A stretch of 64,000 bases of DNA from Nitrospinota bacterium. GTDB taxonomy: Bacteria > Nitrospinota > Nitrospinia > Nitrospinales > VA-1. Within the stretch, counting starts at the first letter, position 1. Each line of letters opens with the position of its first letter. Made by a program: the position numbers and the translations under genes. Positions 1-9,994 of this stretch are shown piece by piece. The DNA lies in contig JAYNIA010000005.1 in assembly GCA_038108555.1 (NCBI GenBank), positions 25,071-89,070 of the forward strand. The letters run 5' to 3'. The notes under the pieces are model-generated. The model made no database searches and was not told the origin of the DNA. It saw nothing but the letters and a program-made list of their open reading frames with translations.

Positions 1-135
1 ATAAGAAAGTTTGCCCTGGTCGTCAAAGAAGATTACAAAGCGGATCGGTTGTGCCTCAGCCTGAGACTACCCCCCGGCGGCAAAGCTAAATTGGATCATT
101 TGTTATCCGAACAAAAAATCCTCGCAAACGGCTAA
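1..135 (+). CDS. 3' end of a CDS entering from the left edge (possibly HflX-like C-terminal domain)
   Basis: Frame 1 is open from base 1 to TAA at 133-135 (IRKFALVVKEDYKADRLCLSLRLPPGGKAKLDHLLSEQKILANG*) and abuts the convergent gene ending at 138. Product guess is weak. Confidence 0.4.
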   Translation: MRKFALVVKEDYKADRLCLSLRLPPGGKAKLDHLLSEQKILANG

Positions 136-137
136 AT

Positions 138-449
138 CTATTTTTTTACGAGCTCAAGTGCGATATACAAACCCTTGTCAGTGACGGTATATTTTCCGTT
201 AACCCCGTCTTTCTTCTTCAGTTTTTCAAGCGTATTCAATCCATCAGGTTGTGTCTCGTCGGTGATAACAACGGTGAAGCGTTTTTTAGTTGCAGGGTCT
301 TTAATTGCCACCTTGTTTTTCTTTTTGATTATTTTTTTCACCACGCCGGAAAATAGAACCTCATCTCCCGCAGATGCAACGGTGACCGAAAGAAAAAAAC
401 ACAAAACAACCATTGTAATGGCAAATCTTAATCGGCTAACCATTTCCAT
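138..449 (-). CDS. small secreted hypothetical protein, Lys-rich, beta-rich
   Basis: AGGAGG Shine-Dalgarno before the ATG; hydrophobic signal peptide ending in an ASA cleavage motif; directly downstream of pcrA. Confidence 0.8.
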   Translation of the reverse strand: MEMVSRLRFAITMVVLCFFLSVTVASAGDEVLFSGVVKKIIKKKNKVAIKDPATKKRFTVVITDETQPDGLNTLEKLKKKDGVNGKYTVTDKGLYIALELVKK

Positions 450-490
450 TTTACCCTCCTGTTGAATTCAACCTTTGCCATAAGATGGTA

Positions 491-2659
491 TTATAGGATG
501 ATAAGATTTGCCATATTCGCCGCCAGCTTCTTTTTCCCATGCGGACCCTTGAAAAACACCTCCAGTTTCAGGTCTTCTTCACTGCCGGATCGATTGATCA
601 CAATTCCCGAACCAAATTTTGGATGCAATACTTTGGTCCCAATTGAATATTCCACCGCAGATTCAGCCTCAACAGCAAAAGAGGAGTTCGAACTGCCCGA
701 AAACGGCAAAGACGTATCGGTTTGAAATTCCTGAAAACCAGATTCTCTAACGATCACCTCATCCGGAATGGAATGCAAGAATTCTGATGGAGGGTAGTTG
801 AAGGTATTTCCATATATCCTTCGCCGTCTGGCGTGGGAAACAAACAATCTTTTTTTTGCGCGCGTAAAGCCCACATAGCAGAGCCTTCTTTCTTCTTCAT
901 ATTCCGCAGAATCTGACATGGAACTGGCATGAGGCAAAAGCCCATTTTCCATCCCCACCACAAACACCACAGCAAACTCCAGACCTTTACATGTATGCAA
1001 TGTCATTAAAGGCAGAACCCCTCTTTCATCATCCAGGTTGTCCAGATCCGCAACCAAGGCGGTGGAGTCTAAAAACTCGCGCAACGAACTATTTTCGTTT
1101 TCCACCAACTGTTCAACAGCCGAATACAATTCGTTCAAGTTTTCAAGTCTTCCCTTACTTTCACGTGTATCCTCATTTTTCAGCATGGTGGCATAACCTG
1201 AACAATCGATCACTTCCGTCAACAGTTCCAATGCATTGGATTGTCGACAAACCGAATCCAAATGGTCCATGATCCCAATGAAGTTCTCAATTTTTTTGGT
1301 AGCTGCGGCACCCAGCAATCCCCCTTTACCGGCTCGACGAAGACCTTCGAAAAAAGAAATTTCATTTTGCTGGCAAAACACATCCACTTTCTCCAGGGAA
1401 GTTTTTCCTATTCCCCGCGCAGGAACATTAACAATGCGCTTTAGTGAAACCGAGTCATCCGGGTTCAGCAAAACCCGCATATAGGCAAGTACATCTTTTA
1501 TCTCTTTTCTTTCATAGAACCGGAGTCCCCCAATGACCTGATAAGGTATTTCTGCCCTGCGCAAAACATCTTCCATAACCCGGGACTGGGCATTGGTTCT
1601 GTATAACACCGCCATTTCATTCAAAGAGTATCCCTCTTCCTGGCATAAGGATTGGATGCGCCTACAAACAAACTCCGCTTCGCGGGTCTCATCTTCCGCC
1701 TTGTGGCAAAGTACCGGCTCGCCTTTTTCGTTTTGGGTCCACAACGTCTTTTCGTTACGGTTCATGTTTTCTCGAACCACATTCCCGGCTGCACTCAATA
1801 TACTTTGAGTAGAGCGATAGTTTTCTTCTAGTTTAATAACGGTGGTACCGGGATAATCATTTTCAAATTTTAGAATATTTTCAATATTGGCACCTCTCCA
1901 TCGGTAAATGCTTTGGTCGTCATCACCCACCACACACACATTATTTAAATCTCTGGAAAGCAATCGCACCAACTCGTACTGAACTTCATTCGTATCCTGA
2001 AATTCATCCACTAAAATATATTGAAATTTTTTATCATAATGTTCACGGAGTGAAGGAACCTGCTGCAACAATTTTGCGGTAGACGTTAATAGATCGTCAA
2101 AATCCAATGCATTATTGGACTTCAGCGTTCCCTGATAAACAGGATAAAGTTCTGCCGCCTTCATTTGGTTACCGTAGGACAATGTGTCCAAATCAATTTG
2201 TTCTGGAAGAATGAAATCATTTTTAAATCCGCTAATGTGATTCAATATCGATTTCGGCGGAAATGCATCTTTACTTATTTGAGCTGCTTTCATACATTGT
2301 TTGATCAGGGTCAATTGATCTTGTGCGTCATAAACCGCAAAATCATTTGTAAACCCCAATTCCGAGATATGCCTTCGCAACATCCTCAAACAAAAAGAAT
2401 GAAAAGTACTGACCCATGGAGTGCCTTCATCCGGACCCAACATATTCCGGATTCGGTCTTTCATTTCTCCTGCCGCCTTGTTGGTAAAGGTGATGGCTAA
2501 AACTCCTTCGGGATCGACTCCCACTTCACGTATCAAATGGGCAATGCGGTAGGTAATTACACGCGTTTTTCCAGAACCCGCACCGGCCACGACCATTAGG
2601 GGGCCTTCCCTATGGACCACGGCTTGATGTTGTTGAGGATTTAAAGATTCAAGATTCAT
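491..2659 (-). CDS. pcrA: ATP-dependent DNA helicase PcrA/UvrD
   Basis: SF1A motifs AGAGSGKT, TFTNKAA, VDEFQDTN, VGDDDQSIY, NYRST, EERRLCYVG; C-terminal Tudor-like domain (VLHPKFGSG). Confidence 0.96.
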   Translation of the reverse strand: MNLESLNPQQHQAVVHREGPLMVVAGAGSGKTRVITYRIAHLIREVGVDPEGVLAITFTNKAAGEMKDRIRNMLGPDEGTPWVSTFHSFCLRMLRRHISELGFTNDFAVYDAQDQLTLIKQCMKAAQISKDAFPPKSILNHISGFKNDFILPEQIDLDTLSYGNQMKAAELYPVYQGTLKSNNALDFDDLLTSTAKLLQQVPSLREHYDKKFQYILVDEFQDTNEVQYELVRLLSRDLNNVCVVGDDDQSIYRWRGANIENILKFENDYPGTTVIKLEENYRSTQSILSAAGNVVRENMNRNEKTLWTQNEKGEPVLCHKAEDETREAEFVCRRIQSLCQEEGYSLNEMAVLYRTNAQSRVMEDVLRRAEIPYQVIGGLRFYERKEIKDVLAYMRVLLNPDDSVSLKRIVNVPARGIGKTSLEKVDVFCQQNEISFFEGLRRAGKGGLLGAAATKKIENFIGIMDHLDSVCRQSNALELLTEVIDCSGYATMLKNEDTRESKGRLENLNELYSAVEQLVENENSSLREFLDSTALVADLDNLDDERGVLPLMTLHTCKGLEFAVVFVVGMENGLLPHASSMSDSAEYEEERRLCYVGFTRAKKRLFVSHARRRRIYGNTFNYPPSEFLHSIPDEVIVRESGFQEFQTDTSLPFSGSSNSSFAVEAESAVEYSIGTKVLHPKFGSGIVINRSGSEEDLKLEVFFKGPHGKKKLAANMANLIIL

Positions 2660-2703
2660 AAATTATCAGGAAGGAAAACCGGAGTGGATACTTAAATTGA
2701 TCT

Positions 2704-3636
2704 TTATACCATGGCTTCCCATGCAATTGAAGCCAGCGCTTCAATATACGTTGGGGAAAAATTCAAGGACTCTGTTCTATAAAGCTTGAGCTTCCTCTCT
2801 TCAGCGTATTGTTTGAATTCTATATCAATGTCAAAAAGAATTTCCACATGGTCACAAACAAAACCTACAGGGACGATCAATACTGTTTTCGATCCCACCC
2901 GGGAAATTTTATCTAATACCGATTCAACGGTGGGTCCCAACCAGGGAACCGGAATCATGCCCTGACTCTGATAAGCCTTATACCAATGTTTGGGTTTTAC
3001 ACGATCCACAAGTAGTTGGACTGTCTTGTTAAATTCCTGATCATATGGATCGCCGAATTCAAGGGACTCTGATGGAATACTATGTGCAGTGAATACGGTG
3101 TAAATAGAATCAGGTTTTTCCGGCTCCAGTCTCTTCAGAGCTTCATTGTATTTTTCAGCAAAGACATCGATTAACAACGGATGGTTGGCCCAACTCCCGA
3201 CGAAATGCACATCTATATTTTCGCCCCCACAACTTTTCAGACCTTCCTTAAAAGCTTTGAAATAGAGTCTGGTGCTCCAGGTACTGAATTGCGGGGCGAG
3301 GCAAAGGGCGACAACTTTTTTAATTCCATCTTCCTTCATTCGCTTTACTTCATCAGCGATAAAGGGGCTCCAGTTCCGCATACCCACATATACTTTGAAT
3401 TGAGGTCCTTCCTGGTTGAGGAATTTTTCTAATCGGCTCGCGAGTTCGGCAGTGATCTCTCTTAAAGGAGACTTACCCCCGATCTGCTCGTATCTGTCAC
3501 GAATAATCCCAATGACTTCGGGGGTAGATTCCGTACCCCCACGGATTTTTTTTAAATATTCAGGAATATCATCGGTGGACTCTGGCGCTCCATGCGCCAT
3601 AAGAAATATCCCGATTTGGGGCTTGGCATTATTCAT
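2704..3636 (-). CDS. hemH: ferrochelatase
   Basis: RYEQIGGKSPL, FTAHSIP, YQSQG..PWLGP, GFVCDHVEILFDID; overlaps the hemE stop. Confidence 0.95.
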   Translation of the reverse strand: MNNAKPQIGIFLMAHGAPESTDDIPEYLKKIRGGTESTPEVIGIIRDRYEQIGGKSPLREITAELASRLEKFLNQEGPQFKVYVGMRNWSPFIADEVKRMKEDGIKKVVALCLAPQFSTWSTRLYFKAFKEGLKSCGGENIDVHFVGSWANHPLLIDVFAEKYNEALKRLEPEKPDSIYTVFTAHSIPSESLEFGDPYDQEFNKTVQLLVDRVKPKHWYKAYQSQGMIPVPWLGPTVESVLDKISRVGSKTVLIVPVGFVCDHVEILFDIDIEFKQYAEERKLKLYRTESLNFSPTYIEALASIAWEAMV

Positions 3637-4666
3637 ATTTAAAATCGTGAACCATTTCGGCTACTGCTTTTACATGGTCCACCGGGGTGTGCTGTAAAAT
3701 GCCATGACCTAAATTAAAAATATGCCCCTGCGGTCCGGCACGGCGAAGAATATCATGAACTCTTTCTTTAATAACAGGAATGGGAGCAAAAAGGGTTACC
3801 GGGTCGAGGTTCCCTTGCACCGGTTGATTGGGTCCTAAAATTTTCCGGGCCTCATCAATTTCAATACGCCAGTCAAAGCTGACCACATCTCCACCGGCCT
3901 GCTGTACCAAGTCGAGCATCGTGGAAGTTCCTGTACTAAAATTAATGATCGGGACTCCAAATTCTTTCAGTCCATCAAACACCCTTTTTAAATGGGGCAA
4001 GATATATTTTTGATAATCGTGAGGACTCAGGCATCCCACCCAGCTATCAAATATTTGCAAGGCCTGCGCACCGGCATTCACCTGCATTTTCAAATAATCC
4101 ACAAGCATGGTGCACACCTTGTCCATCAATTGATCCCAAACATCCGTGGCCTCATACATCATCAATTTTGTCGTAGTAAAATCGCGAGATTTTCCGCCTT
4201 CTATCATATAGCTGCACAAGGTAAACGGAGCGCCTGCAAATCCAATCAGAGGAATTTTACCGTCGATCTCTTTACGTACCAGCCGGATAGCATCTCCCAC
4301 AAAACCGAGTTGTTCTTCTGCATTGACTGGCAGCAGTTTTTCGACCGCCTTTTTATCCTTAACAGGTCGCGGAATAACAGGACCGTCCCCGGCGGAAAAC
4401 TCCAGACCAGTTCCCATGGGCTCGAGAGGGAGAAGAATATCAGCAAAAATAATTGCAGCATCGATATCCAGAACCCCCACCGGCTGCATGGTTACTTCGC
4501 AAGCTAGTTCCGGGGTTTTACACATTTCCAGAAATGTATATTTTTCTTTCAGGTCGCGATAGACCTTCATATATCGCCCTGCTTGCCGCATGAACCAAAC
4601 CGGGGTTTTGTCGACCGGCTCACCCCGGCATGCTTTTATAAATCGAAATTCACTAGAATCGTTCAT
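3629..4666 (-). CDS. hemE: uroporphyrinogen decarboxylase
   Basis: PVWFMRQAGRY, IGFAGAPFTL, QIFDSW, VQGNLDP, IFNLGHG. Confidence 0.97.
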   Translation of the reverse strand: MNDSSEFRFIKACRGEPVDKTPVWFMRQAGRYMKVYRDLKEKYTFLEMCKTPELACEVTMQPVGVLDIDAAIIFADILLPLEPMGTGLEFSAGDGPVIPRPVKDKKAVEKLLPVNAEEQLGFVGDAIRLVRKEIDGKIPLIGFAGAPFTLCSYMIEGGKSRDFTTTKLMMYEATDVWDQLMDKVCTMLVDYLKMQVNAGAQALQIFDSWVGCLSPHDYQKYILPHLKRVFDGLKEFGVPIINFSTGTSTMLDLVQQAGGDVVSFDWRIEIDEARKILGPNQPVQGNLDPVTLFAPIPVIKERVHDILRRAGPQGHIFNLGHGILQHTPVDHVKAVAEMVHDFKYE

Positions 4667-4700
4667 AGACCTCTTTATAGAAATGGATTAAAATTTACTG

Positions 4701-4729
4701 ATTATAGGACGGGACCCCAGTATGTTCAA
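4701..4729 (-). promoter_or_regulatory. putative sigma70 promoter for hemE-hemH-pcrA
   Basis: Minus strand TTGAAC-17 nt-TATAAT, about 35 nt upstream of the hemE ATG. Confidence 0.6.
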
Positions 4730-4759
4730 TGGTTTGTTTGAGCACAGACGGAAAATTAA

Positions 4760-5908
4760 TTATCCTCCGGAAACCCCTGAAAATCGGCCTAGAACGGCCT
4801 CAATTTCCTTTAAAACCATTGGCTCCTCTTCCCCAGCAAGCTTTTCATCAAAAACGGGTACACTACGGGACAATAAAAGCTCTCCCAATGCCCAGACCAC
4901 ATGAGCCCGGATAAGTGGCTCCTCATCATCCAGAGCTTTAATCAAAAATGGCACCGCCTTGGGGTTTTTGGAATTTCCTAAAGCAACGGCAACATTTCTT
5001 AAAAGTCCGCGTCGTTTAATTCTTTTTATTGGACTTCCCTTGAACCTTTTTCGAAATCCCTTATCATCCAAAGAAATTAAATCCGTCAATAAAAAATTAC
5101 TATCCACCGACTTAAATGCAGGTTCTTCTGTCTTTACTGCATACGAGTTCCAGGGGCATACAATCTGGCAATCGTCACACCCGTAGATTCTATTCCCAAT
5201 CGCTTTCCTGAACTCAACGGGTATGACTCCTTTGAGCTCAATTGTAAGATAGGAAATGCATTTTTTTGAATCCAGCACATAAGGGGAAACAATTGCCTGA
5301 GTGGGGCATATATCGATACAACTACGGCAGGTTCCACAATGGTTTTCTGCAAATGTCGATTCAGGAAGAGCCACATCGACTAATATTTCTGAAAGGAAAT
5401 ACCAGGAACCGATCCCTTCACTGAGTAAATTTGTATGCTTTCCTATCCAACCAAGACCTGCCTGTTGCGCCAGAGGTTTTTCCAGAATGGGACCTGTATC
5501 CACATATATTTTTGCATTACACTCCGGGAACTCCTTACGAATGGTTTCTTCAAGCTCTTTCAAGCGGGGAGTGATTATATCGTGGTAGTCCTTATTCAAA
5601 GCATATAGGGAAACATCTCCCAGATCGGGGAAGTCCAAAAACTCCATTCCTTTTTCTGCCGTAAAATAATTGGTTCTCAAACAAATGACACTTTTAACAT
5701 TCTCCAACACCAGATCCGGATCGCAGCGTTTTTCCCCACCTCGTCCCATATAGCCCATCTCACCTGCATAACCCAATTCCAACCATTGACGGAATTTCTC
5801 ACCTGCTTCTTTTAAAAAAGGATTGGCAATTCCAAAGCCATCAAAACCCAGAGCGAAGGCCTGTTCTTCGATATTTTTTATTTTGTCTTCCAATTCTGAA
5901 ATAGGCAT
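4760..5908 (-). CDS. queG: tRNA epoxyqueuosine(34) reductase QueG with C-terminal HEAT-like repeats
   Basis: YVDTGPILEK, AGLGWIGK, CGTCRSCIDICPT, CISYLTIE, IYGCDDCQIVCPWN, LLRNVAVALGN. Confidence 0.96.
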   Translation of the reverse strand: MPISELEDKIKNIEEQAFALGFDGFGIANPFLKEAGEKFRQWLELGYAGEMGYMGRGGEKRCDPDLVLENVKSVICLRTNYFTAEKGMEFLDFPDLGDVSLYALNKDYHDIITPRLKELEETIRKEFPECNAKIYVDTGPILEKPLAQQAGLGWIGKHTNLLSEGIGSWYFLSEILVDVALPESTFAENHCGTCRSCIDICPTQAIVSPYVLDSKKCISYLTIELKGVIPVEFRKAIGNRIYGCDDCQIVCPWNSYAVKTEEPAFKSVDSNFLLTDLISLDDKGFRKRFKGSPIKRIKRRGLLRNVAVALGNSKNPKAVPFLIKALDDEEPLIRAHVVWALGELLLSRSVPVFDEKLAGEEEPMVLKEIEAVLGRFSGVSGG

Positions 5909-6003
5909 TTCCAGATAAGTTGAAGGTAATGGGTTATTTTGATATTCTCGGAAAAGTTGATTGCTTCAAGAACAGTTTAGAATCCTAAATAAGGAATAAC
6001 CAA

Positions 6004-6954
6004 GTGAATAAAACGGGCTATATATCAGATCCCTTTTATTTGAAACACGAGAACGAACCTCACCCGGAAAATCCCGGGCGCTTGAACGCCATTAAAAGTA
6101 AAATTGAATCCTCAAATTATTACAACAACCTCACATTAATTCAACCCCGCAAAGCAACAGTAGACGATATTGCCCGCGTCCATGACAAGGGATACATAGA
6201 AAGTGTCGAACAGAGTTGTAAAAATGGGGTACGGAATCTGGATATGGATACGGTAATTTCACCGGACTCTTACGAGGCTGCTTTGTTAAGTGCGGGTGCC
6301 GGATTGGAAGCTGTTGATAATATTCTGGATGGCACAGTGAACAATGCCTTTTGCGCAGTACGTCCTCCCGGCCATCATGCGGAACAAGATCGGGCCATGG
6401 GTTTTTGCCTGTTTAATAATGTAGCGGTCGTCGCACGTTATGCCCAGGAGGCAAAACAACTGGACAAAATTTTAATCTTTGATTGGGATGTTCACCATGG
6501 CAATGGGACACAACATTCCTTTTATAATAATTCTTCCATTTTTTATAGCAGCACCCACCAATACCCCTTCTATCCGGGAACAGGAGGAAACGATGAAACA
6601 GGTTCCGGCGATGGACTGGGGTCGAATTTGAACATGCCCATGCGAGCATACTCGGAAGACTCTGATTATCTGGAGGCCATAGAGAATCGGCTGGTTCCTG
6701 CAATTCAAAAATTCAATCCAGATCTGATAATCATCTCGGCAGGATTCGATGCCCATGTCAATGATCCGCTTGCCCAAATCGAATTGAGCACAGAATGCTA
6801 CGGGAAAATGACACAACAGCTTTTAAAAGTGGCCCAAGATGTCTGTGGAGGAAAGATACTCTCCATGCTCGAGGGGGGATATGATTATTCCGCCTTATCC
6901 GATTCCGTCCAACTCCATGTTGAAACACTCCTAAACCCTAACTCAGAAAATTAA
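6004..6954 (+). CDS. histone deacetylase family Zn-dependent deacetylase
   Basis: HPENPGRL, RPPGHHA, GFCLFNN, DWDVHHGNGT, SAGFDAH, LEGGY; GTG start. Confidence 0.95.
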   Translation: MNKTGYISDPFYLKHENEPHPENPGRLNAIKSKIESSNYYNNLTLIQPRKATVDDIARVHDKGYIESVEQSCKNGVRNLDMDTVISPDSYEAALLSAGAGLEAVDNILDGTVNNAFCAVRPPGHHAEQDRAMGFCLFNNVAVVARYAQEAKQLDKILIFDWDVHHGNGTQHSFYNNSSIFYSSTHQYPFYPGTGGNDETGSGDGLGSNLNMPMRAYSEDSDYLEAIENRLVPAIQKFNPDLIIISAGFDAHVNDPLAQIELSTECYGKMTQQLLKVAQDVCGGKILSMLEGGYDYSALSDSVQLHVETLLNPNSEN

Positions 6955-7062
6955 ATTTGCAAATCCCTTGGCGGATTCAAAAAAAAGGGTTCCGATTATT
7001 AATCGTTTTAGATATTATAGGGGCGTTGTTTTTTAAATATTTTCAAGGAAAAAAAATTTTAA

Positions 7063-7242
7063 ATGCCCCACCCCACTGAGCCTAACGATAAAATTGGAAT
7101 CTTTTCCGAGTTTGTAGATTTTTTAAAAACACGAAAAAAATGGTGGTTAGGTCCTATTGTTCTCATCATGTTATTAATGGGCTTGTTGATTGTGCTCACT
7201 GAAGGGAGCGCCGTAGCCCCATTCATATACACTCTTTTTTAA
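7063..7242 (+). CDS. DUF5989 / SxtK-like small membrane protein (59 aa, missing from the ORF track)
   Basis: Hand translation MPHPTEPNDKIGIFSEFVDFLKTRKKWWLGPIVLIMLLMGLLIVLTEGSAVAPFIYTLF*; RKKWWL.P and terminal APFIYTLF are family hallmarks; AAGGA upstream. Confidence 0.88.
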   Translation: MPHPTEPNDKIGIFSEFVDFLKTRKKWWLGPIVLIMLLMGLLIVLTEGSAVAPFIYTLF

Positions 7243-7251
7243 AAAACTCCC

Positions 7252-7938
7252 TTGCTAAAACTGTCAATAGTTATTCCCATTTATAATGAGCGGGATACTC
7301 TGGAGACTCTAGTCGCCAAAGTCAATGCTGTTGATTATGAAAAAGAGATTATATTAGTTGATGATTTTTCGACCGATGGTACCCGTGAAATTTTAAAAAA
7401 ATACGAAAACCAGGACGGCTTCCAGGTTCTTTATCATAAACGCAATCAAGGAAAAGGAGCGGCATTAAGGACCGGATTCTCCCAGGTAAACGGGGATATC
7501 ATAATCATTCAAGATGCGGATCTGGAATACAACCCGGCGGATTACGGAGTATTGATCGAACCGATTCTGGATGGCCGCGCAGACGTCGTTTACGGTTCCC
7601 GGTTTTTGGGAGGACCTCATCGCGTTTTGTTTTACTGGCACTCGGTAGGGAATATGGTGTTAACAACCCTTTCCAATATGTTCACCAACGTCAACCTTAC
7701 AGATATGGAAACCGGTTATAAGGTATTCACCAAAGAAGTCAACGACGCTCTCACCTTTAAATGCAATCGTTTCGGATTCGAACCCGAATTCACAGCAAAG
7801 GTCGCAAAAAAGAATTTCAGGATTTATGAAGTGCCCATTACCTATAATGGCCGGGACTATTCAGAAGGAAAGAAAATTACCTGGAAAGATGGTGTCGCTG
7901 CTATTTGGTATATTTTCAAGTTCCGCTTTACAGACTGA
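7252..7938 (+). CDS. glycosyltransferase family 2 (polyprenol-phosphate glycosyltransferase, DPM1-like)
   Basis: [55 protein letters not shown] start. Confidence 0.93.
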   Translation: MLKLSIVIPIYNERDTLETLVAKVNAVDYEKEIILVDDFSTDGTREILKKYENQDGFQVLYHKRNQGKGAALRTGFSQVNGDIIIIQDADLEYNPADYGVLIEPILDGRADVVYGSRFLGGPHRVLFYWHSVGNMVLTTLSNMFTNVNLTDMETGYKVFTKEVNDALTFKCNRFGFEPEFTAKVAKKNFRIYEVPITYNGRDYSEGKKITWKDGVAAIWYIFKFRFTD

Positions 7939-7956
7939 GCAGAAAAAGCCCTCTTT

Positions 7957-8346
7957 CTAATTCAACATTTCGCCACAATGGCTGCAGAAATCATCCTTAA
8001 ATCCCACCTCATTTTCACAGGATGAACAAATTTGAAAATCCTCTACCTCTTCCAGTAGTTTTCTAGCGCGGGATACATCTTCTTTTTTGGACCAAACCCG
8101 AACCTTCATTAAGTCGGCTACAGGAGCGGGTCCGGCATGAAACGAAATATTTTCCAACTGGCATGGAATATCTTCACTTTCCAGAAAACCTCTAACAATG
8201 TGAGCTTTAGCTTCATTTAAAATAGTACATACGACCGCCAGTTCGGGAATGTCTTTTTCCAGGGAAGGAACAAGTTGGACATTACAATCCCAACAGGTTG
8301 AGATGGAATTAGGATATTCGTCTTCACATTCCGGACAAATCTTCAT
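7957..8346 (-). CDS. DUF2007-like putative signal-transducing protein with N- and C-terminal zinc ribbons
   Basis: CPEC..CWDC at the N-terminus, central EAKAHIVRGFLESEDIPC...ARKLL, CSSC..CSHCG at the C-terminus. Confidence 0.8.
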   Translation of the reverse strand: MKICPECEDEYPNSISTCWDCNVQLVPSLEKDIPELAVVCTILNEAKAHIVRGFLESEDIPCQLENISFHAGPAPVADLMKVRVWSKKEDVSRARKLLEEVEDFQICSSCENEVGFKDDFCSHCGEMLN

Positions 8347-8427
8347 TCAATAAATTTAAATCACTTGCCTGGCATGTGCAAACAAAATTCTTCCACCCGC
8401 CAAACGCCGGTCAAAGTTTACTCTCTT

Positions 8428-8436
8428 TGATATAAT
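8428..8436 (+). promoter_or_regulatory. putative extended -10 promoter for the PRC-barrel gene
   Basis: TGaTATAAT, an exact TGn-TATAAT match, about 32 nt upstream of the ATG at 8469. Confidence 0.5.
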
Positions 8437-8468
8437 GTTTTATTCAAAAATATCCTTTGGATTGGGAG

Positions 8469-8834
8469 ATGTATATTTACGTTACTGAAAACACTTTCCA
8501 TTTGGCAAAAAAAGATCAGATCGTGGGTTCTTATATTTACGATAAATTTAATGAGGCCATCGCAAAAGTCGAAGCACTGTTGGTAGAGCCCGAAACTCAT
8601 TGTTGTCGTTATTTAATAATCCGTCTGGGAGGTTTTTTAAAAATCAGAGGAAAAATACTCGCCATCCCTCACGAAATTTGTGAGGTGGAAGACCTGGGAA
8701 AAATAAAAATCACCTGGAGAAAAGAGTCCCTACTGGCAGCTCCCAGCCCAATCAATATCCGCCAACTTACACCCAACGAAGATGAACTTATACAGGATTA
8801 CTTCCAAAATCAACCAAAATTGGTTACAAGTTAA
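8469..8834 (+). CDS. PRC-barrel domain protein
   Basis: IVGSYIYDKFNEAIAKVEALLVE...RYLIIRLGGFL..RGKILAIP matches the PRC-barrel pattern; start is ATG 8469 or TTG 8457. Confidence 0.75.
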   Translation: MYIYVTENTFHLAKKDQIVGSYIYDKFNEAIAKVEALLVEPETHCCRYLIIRLGGFLKIRGKILAIPHEICEVEDLGKIKITWRKESLLAAPSPINIRQLTPNEDELIQDYFQNQPKLVTS

Positions 8835-9910
8835 ACTCTTTGCAACAGCCGGTGAATTGCATCATGAACATTTTTTACGGTGATATCTTCCAGGCAATAG
8901 GGCTTGTTATGTGGAGAGGGCTTGCATTCCCTGAAAAAACGTTGCCGGCAAGGGGAACAGGGATAATTTTGAGTTAAAATTTCACAACGCTCCGGAGCCA
9001 TGAAAGGACCGGTTGTATTGGGGTTTCCGGGGCCAAAAATGCCTACAATCGGAGTGCCCACCATCGCGGCCAGATGCATCATGCCACTGTCGTTTCCAAT
9101 AAAAATCCGGCTTTTCTTTAAGACTCCTGCAAGAACTCTTAAATTCATGGGCGGAGTGACTTTGACCTTACCGGGTGGGCAATAATCTTTGATCCTGTTC
9201 AACATATCTTCTTCAGATTTCGTCCCCAGCAAAATCAGTTTTTTTCCATCCGCTTTGAATATTTTTTGGCATAAAATACCAAACCGCTCCACGTGCCAGC
9301 TTCTTTCCTCTTTCGAGGTTCCGGGATGAAGGGTGATAAACTCTTCATCCTCATCAAGCCCAATATTCAGCAAAGCTTCCCGGACGGGCAAATCTCCCTC
9401 CTGCTTTACAACCGGACTGAATATGGTGTCGGGAATATCCAGGCTTAGAGGAGAAAAAATTTTAAAATAATAATCCACACGATACTGGCTTTTCTTCAGA
9501 TGATTGGTGGTGACAATGGGGTGTGTCAGAAAAATATCCCTTCCATCCGTGTTATATCCCAATCTGTTTTTGGTTCCCGTCAAGCTCAGTAAAAATGCGG
9601 AACCGAAGGAGTTGGGAAACACAATGCCTACATCGAACTGATATTTTTTCAAGCTGCGTGCAAATTTAACGCGGTTCCAAAAACCGGAATCTTTACCGGA
9701 AGGAAGTGAAAGCACCGTATTAATTGCAGGATGTCCCAGAAGGAGTTCATCGGAGGGAGGTTTTACCACCGCCGTTATTCTGGCTTTCGGATAAGCCCGT
9801 CGTAAGGCCTGCAAAGAGGGCAAAGTCAATACCACATCGCCAATCCAATTTGGCATCCACAAAACTATGCTGTGAATATCCTGATTGTATAGGGGGCGGG
9901 ATTCATCCAT
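8831..9910 (-). CDS. waaF: lipopolysaccharide heptosyltransferase II (GT9)
   Basis: PNWIGDVV, FPNSF.SA, LHPG, FIGNDSGMMHLAA..GTPIVGIFGP, CSPC. Confidence 0.88.
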   Translation of the reverse strand: MDESRPLYNQDIHSIVLWMPNWIGDVVLTLPSLQALRRAYPKARITAVVKPPSDELLLGHPAINTVLSLPSGKDSGFWNRVKFARSLKKYQFDVGIVFPNSFGSAFLLSLTGTKNRLGYNTDGRDIFLTHPIVTTNHLKKSQYRVDYYFKIFSPLSLDIPDTIFSPVVKQEGDLPVREALLNIGLDEDEEFITLHPGTSKEERSWHVERFGILCQKIFKADGKKLILLGTKSEEDMLNRIKDYCPPGKVKVTPPMNLRVLAGVLKKSRIFIGNDSGMMHLAAMVGTPIVGIFGPGNPNTTGPFMAPERCEILTQNYPCSPCRQRFFRECKPSPHNKPYCLEDITVKNVHDAIHRLLQRV

Positions 9911-9994
9911 TACTTTACCCTTTGCCAGAACTCTTAAATAAAGTGTGCCACTAAAATTTAATTTTGTTCAACCTTGCTGGAGCAAATGAGGATT

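Noticed and set aside
7063..7242. Saxitoxin biosynthesis implied by the SxtK-like gene
   Set aside because: No sxtA, sxtG or sxtI or other pathway genes here; the family is widespread outside toxin clusters.
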